Shown here: positions 57,769-64,000 of the stretch, piece after piece | Layout of the letters: each line of letters begins with the position of its first letter | Numbering within the stretch: the first letter of the stretch is position 1 | From: a virus | IMG/VR virus record: IMGVR_UViG_3300042882_000899 | Coordinates: 1 to 64,000 of that record | Reading direction: 5' to 3' (one strand) | Length of the DNA stretch: 64,000 nt | The notes under the pieces: model-generated | What the model saw: the letters and a program-made list of their open reading frames with translations, nothing else | Told to the model about the DNA's origin: nothing | Database searches by the model: none | Position numbers and translations under genes: made by a program

Positions 57769-58344
57769 CTAATTTTTAGATGGAAACTTGTCTAACCACT
57801 CTTTTGTTCGAGGAGTCAAACCTTTCCATGACGACCAATTTTGACCGCCATTGGTCATGTAATACGTTATCTCTGCGTTGATTGCTGGATCAAATAACGA
57901 ATAGTTACTATCCAGTTTGAATTTTTCTTTACGATCATCACCTAGGTTGCCCAGCATGTTGATCTGAAAAATTCCATAGGAACTGTCTCCAGTTTTCCTG
58001 TTGCCGTTATAAGCCATTGGGCGTCCATTAGACTCCTTTTTAGCTACAGCCCACGCCATTTTAAGGGCGCTACCCTCAAAGCCTACAGCCTTGAGAAGTT
58101 CAACCAATTCTTTGTCCGTTAAAGATTCAGATGGTTTCCACACAGTATTGCTGAATTCCTCCAGCTTTTCCTTGTTAAGTTGTGCTTCGGTTTTTACATC
58201 TGGTTTTACAACCAGAGCAGACGCAGATTGAATTACTTCTGTTTGACCAGTAAATAAAAACAACACTGCTACTGATATTGCAACGTAGTGATGTAGAACA
58301 TCGCTAAGTTTTTCTTTTATATTCTCCATAGGCATTTCCTCCAA
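57769..58344 (-). CDS. membrane-anchored lysozyme/lytic-transglycosylase-like protein
   Basis: AVAKKESNG, SYGIFQIN, NWSSW. Confidence 0.8.
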   Translation of the reverse strand: MEEMPMENIKEKLSDVLHHYVAISVAVLFLFTGQTEVIQSASALVVKPDVKTEAQLNKEKLEEFSNTVWKPSESLTDKELVELLKAVGFEGSALKMAWAVAKKESNGRPMAYNGNRKTGDSSYGIFQINMLGNLGDDRKEKFKLDSNYSLFDPAINAEITYYMTNGGQNWSSWKGLTPRTKEWLDKFPSKN

Positions 58345-58541
58345 TAGAGATAACGAGCTATAAGAATACCATTAAAAACTTTAATCTGTCAACTTAAAAA
58401 ATATTTTATTTTATTCTAGTTAACTAATAAATATGGCTATTTTTATGTATTATTTATAAAGTCTTCACTTTCGTAAGAAACTTTGATAGAATAGGACTCT
58501 ATCAAATTAAATTTAACCGCTAAGCGGAGAAAAGGTCATAC

Positions 58542-60476
58542 ATGTCAAATACCATTGCAAACCCATACGAAAATTTTATTGCTTTATCACGTTACGCTAG
58601 ATGGATTCCAGAAGAGAACCGTCGTGAAACGTGGGGTGAGACGGTAGATAGATATTTTGACTTTATGCTAAACCATCTTAGAGAAAATCACAATTACATT
58701 CCAACTGAAAAGCTTGTAGCGGAATTAAAAGACGGTGTATTCAAAAGAAACGTAATGCCCTCTATGCGCTCCGTTATGACTTCAGGAGCAGCACTAGAAA
58801 GAGATAATGTTGCAGGATACAATTGTTCATTTGTCCCAGTTGATTCTCCAAGATCTTTTGATGAAACTATGTATATTCTTATGTGTGGAACAGGTGTTGG
58901 TTTTTCTGTTGAATACAAGTATGTTAACAAACTTCCTTCCGTTCCAGAAACATTTGAAAAATCTACAACAGTTATTACAGTAGAAGATTCAAAGCAAGGT
59001 TGGGCAAAAGCCTACCGTGAACTTCTTGCACTGCTTTGGTCAGGACAAATTCCAGCAATTGATGTTTCAAAGGTTAGACCAGCGGGTGCACGTTTAAAAA
59101 CAATGGGCGGAAGATCTTCAGGTCCTCAGCCACTAGTCAATCTTTTTGATTTTACAATTGCAAAGTTTAAAGCAGCAGCAGGCCGAAATTTAAAGCCAAT
59201 TGAGGCGCATGACATTATGTGCAAGATTGGTGAAGTTGTTGTTGTTGGCGGAGTTCGCCGATCAGCTATGATTTCTCTTTCAAACATTAACGATATTGAA
59301 ATGGCTGCAGCCAAGTCAGGAAACTGGTGGGAAAACAATACACAACGTGCTCTTTCAAATAACTCTGTAGCTTATTCTCGTAAGCCAGACATGGAGCAAT
59401 TTATTGCAGAATGGAAATCACTTTATGATTCAAAATCAGGAGAGCGTGGAATATACAATGTTGCAGCAGCTCAAAAACAAGCCTCAAAGTATGGACGAAG
59501 AGATCCAGAAATTCATTATGGAACAAACCCCTGTTCAGAAATTATTTTACGCCCCTATCAATTTTGTAATCTTTCAGAAGTCGTACTACGTGAAAGCGAT
59601 ACAAAGAAGGATATTGAGCGCAAAGTTGAGCTCGCAACAATCCTTGGAACATGGCAAGCAACATTAACAGATTTTAAGTACCTTAGAAAAATCTGGAAAG
59701 ACAATACAGAAGAGGAAAGACTTTTAGGGGTTTCTCTTACTGGACAATTCGGTCATAAATTTATGTCTGGTAAAGAAGATATCATTGCCCTAGAGTCTTT
59801 TCTAATGTCTATGCGTGAAAAAGCTAGGGATACAAATAAAGAAGAGGCTGCTAAAATAGGTATTCCAGAGTCAGCAGCAATTACATGCGTAAAACCTTCT
59901 GGAACTGTTTCACAGCTTGTAGGAGTATCTTCAGGCATGCATCCTTGGCATTCACCATATTACATTCGCACAGTTCGTGGATCCAAAGGCGACCCAATTT
60001 CTGTTTTCTTAAAAGAAGTTGGAATCCCAGTAGAAGATGATGTTATGAAACCAAATGAAACTTATGTTTTTTCATTTCCAGTAAAAGCCCCAGAAGGTGC
60101 AATTGTAAGAAGTGATTTAACTGCATTAGATCACCTAAACACTTGGTTGGTGTATCAACGTGCATGGTGCGAGCACAAGCCGTCTATTACAGTTTCTGTA
60201 AAAGAAGACGAGTGGATGGAAGTTGGTGCGTGGGTCTACAAACACTTCGATGAAGTTTCAGGTATATCATTCTTACCTCATTCAGATCACACCTACAAAC
60301 AAGCCCCTTACCAGGAGGTAACTAAAGAAGAGTACGAAACCCTTGTTGCAAAAATGCCTAAGCAAATTAGGTGGGAAGATTTATCTTTTTATGAAACAAA
60401 AGACGGAACTTCTGTAAATGCAACACTTGCATGCAGCTCTGATGGAAATTGCGAATTGGTAGATATTAGCGCATAG
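58542..60476 (+). CDS. nrdJ: class II (B12-dependent) ribonucleotide reductase
   Basis: YNCSF, GGVRRSA, GTNPCSEI, TCVKPSGT, C-terminal CxxxxC. Confidence 0.92.
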   Translation: MSNTIANPYENFIALSRYARWIPEENRRETWGETVDRYFDFMLNHLRENHNYIPTEKLVAELKDGVFKRNVMPSMRSVMTSGAALERDNVAGYNCSFVPVDSPRSFDETMYILMCGTGVGFSVEYKYVNKLPSVPETFEKSTTVITVEDSKQGWAKAYRELLALLWSGQIPAIDVSKVRPAGARLKTMGGRSSGPQPLVNLFDFTIAKFKAAAGRNLKPIEAHDIMCKIGEVVVVGGVRRSAMISLSNINDIEMAAAKSGNWWENNTQRALSNNSVAYSRKPDMEQFIAEWKSLYDSKSGERGIYNVAAAQKQASKYGRRDPEIHYGTNPCSEIILRPYQFCNLSEVVLRESDTKKDIERKVELATILGTWQATLTDFKYLRKIWKDNTEEERLLGVSLTGQFGHKFMSGKEDIIALESFLMSMREKARDTNKEEAAKIGIPESAAITCVKPSGTVSQLVGVSSGMHPWHSPYYIRTVRGSKGDPISVFLKEVGIPVEDDVMKPNETYVFSFPVKAPEGAIVRSDLTALDHLNTWLVYQRAWCEHKPSITVSVKEDEWMEVGAWVYKHFDEVSGISFLPHSDHTYKQAPYQEVTKEEYETLVAKMPKQIRWEDLSFYETKDGTSVNATLACSSDGNCELVDISA

Positions 60477-60546
60477 TGGTACAATAATATAATTGGGCTA
60501 AAACCCAAAATTCCTAGGCAACCCGCCTAGAAATAAGGAGGATCTA

Positions 60547-60771
60547 ATGAAACAAGATCTTAATGGAGATGGAAAGGTTACAATGCAGGAGAAGATTCTA
60601 GCAGCACTAGCAAGTTACGGACGTCATTTTCTAGGAGCAGCAATTGCCCTATACATGACTGGCAACACTAGTCCAAGAGACCTACTGTTGGGCGGATTTG
60701 CTGCCACAGCACCCGTAATTTTGAAAGCGCTCAACCCAAATGAGCCATCGTTCGGCTTCACAAACAAGTAA
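60547..60771 (+). CDS. small membrane protein, holin-like
   Basis: ASYGR.F...ALNPNEP.FG. Confidence 0.55.
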   Translation: MKQDLNGDGKVTMQEKILAALASYGRHFLGAAIALYMTGNTSPRDLLLGGFAATAPVILKALNPNEPSFGFTNK

Positions 60772-60846
60772 GCAAAAATAGTCAATTAAGAATACTCCTG
60801 TGCTAAAATTAGTACAGGAGTATTCCTATTTAGGAGACTATGGCAA

Positions 60847-61194
60847 ATGGCAGGACAAAAGAATTTCGAAGTAGATCAAAACGCAACATTTAGCTTTGTA
60901 GTAGAATATAAAGACGAAAGTGATAATGCCATTGATCTGAGTGGCGCATCTGCAAAAATGCAAATCCGTGATACAAAAGGCGGAACTAAATTAGCCGTCA
61001 CATTAACATCACCTTCAGGCGGCATTACAATTGATGGACCAAATGGTAAATTAACTGTAAAGATGACACCAACACAAACTAGCAAAATCTTTTATCCTAA
61101 ATCATCTTATGATGTAATGGTTATAGATTCTAATGGGAATAAAATAAAACTCCTTGAGGGTTTCATGACCCTAAATAGATCGGTAACTATATAA
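60847..61194 (+). CDS. virion/baseplate-associated protein
   Basis: IDLSGASAKMQIR, YDV, LLEG. Confidence 0.6.
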   Translation: MAGQKNFEVDQNATFSFVVEYKDESDNAIDLSGASAKMQIRDTKGGTKLAVTLTSPSGGITIDGPNGKLTVKMTPTQTSKIFYPKSSYDVMVIDSNGNKIKLLEGFMTLNRSVTI

Positions 61195-61634
61195 TGGTTG
61201 AATCAGTAGTTGTCAGAGAACAAATAAATAAAATTGTAGTATCTTCTCCAGGTCCGCAAGGACCAAGAGGAAGAACAATTCTAAATGGATCTGGAGATCC
61301 TTCAGCAAATTTAGGACTCACAGGAGATTTTTATTTTGATAATCTTTCAGCAGCTTTTCATGGACCAAAACTTTCTGATCAATCGTGGTCAGGATCTAGC
61401 AAAATATTTTTAACAAATAACACTTTAGCTTATTCATGGGAGCTTGCTCAAGTAACTGGGCCATCCCAAGGAGTTTACTCTGTTGTTATTTCTCATGGAC
61501 TTGGTTATCAACCAAATGTTACAGTTAAGTCAAGTGCTGGAGATATTTTGGAAACTGGAATAGACTACAATAGTACTAATCAAATAACACTGACTATGGC
61601 TCAACCATTTTCAGGGACAGCATACCTGTCATAA
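61194..61634 (+). CDS. minor tail protein
   Basis: GPQGPRG, G.PS..LG..GDFY, HGLG..P.V. Confidence 0.65.
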   Translation: MVESVVVREQINKIVVSSPGPQGPRGRTILNGSGDPSANLGLTGDFYFDNLSAAFHGPKLSDQSWSGSSKIFLTNNTLAYSWELAQVTGPSQGVYSVVISHGLGYQPNVTVKSSAGDILETGIDYNSTNQITLTMAQPFSGTAYLS

Positions 61635-61645
61635 GGAGATAGCAA

Positions 61646-62926
61646 ATGGCAAGAAAATTTTTAGTTAGCGTTGATCTCAACAAGAATGAGTTGCTCAATG
61701 CTAGAATCCAAAACTTAGGCGCAGCGCCTTCAAATCCAGTATCTGGTCAAATATACTACAACACTGGAACAAATGTTCTTTACTTCTACAATGGTACAGA
61801 GTGGACACCAGCTTCTGGTTCTACTGAAGTAATTCAAGACCTCATTGGTTCTTCTGTAATAGGGGGAACAGGGTTAACATCAACATATGATGATGCAGCA
61901 GGAACAACAACTTTAAAATTAAATGATACATCAGTTACAACTGGATCTTATGGTTCACAAACAAAAATTCCTACATTTACAGTAGATCAGCAAGGTAGAC
62001 TAACTGCAGCTGGCGAAGTTGATGTAGCAACAGAGCTTGGAATAACTGGAGATACTGGAACTACATCTATTTCGTTACTAACAGAAGGATTAACAGTATC
62101 TGGCGGAGAAGGAATTGATGTAGCAGTAACAAATAACACAATTACAGTTTCTGCAGAAGATGCAACATATACAAATAAAGGCGTAGCATCATTTGATTCA
62201 ACAGACTTTACAGTAACAGCAGGAGCTGTGTCCCTAAATAAAGATCCAGTAATTACTCTTTCAGGAGATGTAACTGGTTCTGCAACAATGACCAATCTTG
62301 GCGATGTAACTATTTCAACTACAATTGAGCCAAACTCTGTTGCATTGGGAACAGATACAACTGGAAGCTATGTTTCAACAATCACTGGAACAACTGGAGA
62401 AATTACAGTATCTGGATCTGGATCAGAATCAGCGGCAGTAACAATTGGTTTGCCAGACGATGTAACAATTGCTGGTGACTTAACAATTAATGGAAACCTC
62501 GACGTACAAGGATCTATCAACTCTATAAGCACAACAGAAGTTAATATTGTTGATAACAAAGTTGTTCTTAACACAAACGTTACTGGAGCTCCATCAGCAG
62601 ATGCTGGGCTAAAAGTAAATCGTGGAACCTCAGCAGACGTAGAGCTTCTATGGAATGAAACGGCAGACCAGTGGACATTAACAAATGATGGCACAAGCTA
62701 TCATGAAATAACAAGAAAGTATAAGACTACACTAAACACATCAGCAACATCTTATACTGTAACCCATAATTTAGGTACAAAAGATACAGTAGTTTCTATA
62801 TATGAAGTTGCTTCCCCATTTGCAGAAGTACTTGCAGATGTTGAGCATACATCAGATTCAGATATAACTATTAAATTTGCAGTTGCACCAACAGCTGGAG
62901 AATATAGAGTAGTTGTAATAGGGTAA
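61646..62926 (+). CDS. tail fibre-like protein
   Basis: GQIYYN, GSYGS...IP.FTVD.QGRLTAA, VTHNLGT. Confidence 0.7.
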   Translation: MARKFLVSVDLNKNELLNARIQNLGAAPSNPVSGQIYYNTGTNVLYFYNGTEWTPASGSTEVIQDLIGSSVIGGTGLTSTYDDAAGTTTLKLNDTSVTTGSYGSQTKIPTFTVDQQGRLTAAGEVDVATELGITGDTGTTSISLLTEGLTVSGGEGIDVAVTNNTITVSAEDATYTNKGVASFDSTDFTVTAGAVSLNKDPVITLSGDVTGSATMTNLGDVTISTTIEPNSVALGTDTTGSYVSTITGTTGEITVSGSGSESAAVTIGLPDDVTIAGDLTINGNLDVQGSINSISTTEVNIVDNKVVLNTNVTGAPSADAGLKVNRGTSADVELLWNETADQWTLTNDGTSYHEITRKYKTTLNTSATSYTVTHNLGTKDTVVSIYEVASPFAEVLADVEHTSDSDITIKFAVAPTAGEYRVVVIG

Positions 62927-62935
62927 GGATTTCAA

Positions 62936-63310
62936 ATGGCTAAAAAGTTTAAGTCCTTACTCAATCTACTTACACTTACAGAAGACCCTATTGTAGGATC
63001 ATCTGGAGATGTATACTTCAATGTTACAAGTAAAAATATTAAGATATACAATGGCAGTATTTGGGTTGACTTAACACCAGCTTCTGATGATCCCGCCCCA
63101 TTTTACATGCACACACATTCTTACGATGGAAATGTTCACACAGTTAACTTAAATGAAACTGTATATTTTGATAATTTAAATCAAAATGTTGGCGTTGAAG
63201 AAACGGTTCCTGCTATAATTGGCATAGACGGTGGTTCTCCAACATCATCGTATGTAGACGCAAGCTATAAGCAATTAACATTGTTGGATGGAGGCCAAAT
63301 TGGCGACTAA
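62936..63310 (+). CDS. minor virion protein
   Basis: GDVYFN...KIYNG.W, LDGG. Confidence 0.6.
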   Translation: MAKKFKSLLNLLTLTEDPIVGSSGDVYFNVTSKNIKIYNGSIWVDLTPASDDPAPFYMHTHSYDGNVHTVNLNETVYFDNLNQNVGVEETVPAIIGIDGGSPTSSYVDASYKQLTLLDGGQIGD

Positions 63311-63851
63311 TTACCCTACATCAAAAGATAATCTTAGCAACCCTGCCGCAAGCGAATCAATGGAAGGCCATGCAGAGTTGCATGGTAATGTAAATGATGC
63401 GATTGAAGCAATTGAAAACAAACTTGGTGTAAACGGATCAACAGATACAAATTCAATAGATTACAAAGTAACTCAGCTTGAGTCATCATTAGCAATCCTT
63501 GATTCAGAAAATGCATCAGAGCTTTTAGGACTTGACGGAAACAATGATTTAACTATAGACGGCATAGAAAACAAAACTGCTATAGATTCATTTTCAAAGA
63601 CAGTATACAAAACAGCTAAATACTCACTACAGATTCATAAATCTGTTGGGAACCTAACATCCACATCAACCATACTTTTGTTAAACGATGGAAATGATTT
63701 TTACATATCAGAATCAGATATAGTATCAAACACAGATTTATCTTTAGCTACAGTTACTTTTGAAGAAAATAACGGTATAATAAGTTTATGCGTAACTCCT
63801 GTTTCAGGATCAATAAAAGTAAGATATTTTAGAACAGCACTAAAAGCATAA
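63300..63851 (+). CDS. minor virion protein
   Basis: GGAGG SD + TTG; NDAIEAIE.KLG. Confidence 0.6.
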   Translation: MATNYPTSKDNLSNPAASESMEGHAELHGNVNDAIEAIENKLGVNGSTDTNSIDYKVTQLESSLAILDSENASELLGLDGNNDLTIDGIENKTAIDSFSKTVYKTAKYSLQIHKSVGNLTSTSTILLLNDGNDFYISESDIVSNTDLSLATVTFEENNGIISLCVTPVSGSIKVRYFRTALKA

Positions 63852-63885
63852 AAGTATAAAAAAGCAGTAAAAGGGAGTCATATCA

Positions 63886-64000
63886 ATGGCAACAGTAAAT
63901 AAAAACTTTAGAATTAAAAATGGTCTTATCGTTGAGGGTGCTACCGCTACCGTTAACGGTTTTGGTGTATTAACCAAGGCTCAGGCAGACCAAGACTACA
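63886..64000 (+). CDS. tail-associated protein, 3'-truncated by the window edge
   Basis: MATVNKNFRIKNGLIVEG. Confidence 0.6.
   Translation, partial: MATVNKNFRIKNGLIVEGATATVNGFGVLTKAQADQDY

Noticed and set aside
58542-60476. Intein or intron in nrdJ (also checked dnaE, recA, terL)
   Set aside because: Lengths are ordinary and no splicing motifs or interruptions are visible
132-63516. Antisense or overlapping track ORFs (e.g. 132-575, 20632-20964, 29144-29578, 45987-46175, 49225-49500, 51450-51770)
   Set aside because: Shadows of real genes, repeats, tRNAs or regulatory DNA

Overview
This window is part of a large, AT-rich tailed phage. WhiB, AhpC/AhpD, an Lsr2-like protein and many leaderless genes point to an actinobacterial host, probably freshwater (inference). 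The plus-strand arms carry replication and recombination genes (DnaE, RecA, SSB, Cas4-like nuclease, RuvC, NrdJ), the terminase, a lysis cassette, five tRNAs, stress genes, many modification enzymes (8 2OG-Fe(II) oxygenase genes, 2 sulfotransferases, an APS-kinase fusion, carbamoyltransferase, methyltransferase) and, at the right end, the start of the tail genes. The most unusual part is a ~12 kb minus-strand block (~40.6-52.7 kb) of tiny ORFs plus a sixth tRNA. It is driven by 15 copies of TGTCAG-N10-TANNNT, which matches the actinobacterial PafBC (RecA-NDp) DNA-damage promoter. Its intergenic DNA also holds 7 perfect, helically phased CRP boxes, 6 perfect DnaA boxes inside a 9-copy scaffold repeat, GACAC (WhiA-like) motifs and an MraZ-like triple box. 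Eleven leaders in the block share AACGAAAG, and a ~150 nt transcription unit inside the block presents the exact complement in a hairpin loop, making it a candidate shut-off sRNA. A covarying H-type pseudoknot follows four stop codons. All calls were made by eye; no searches were run.
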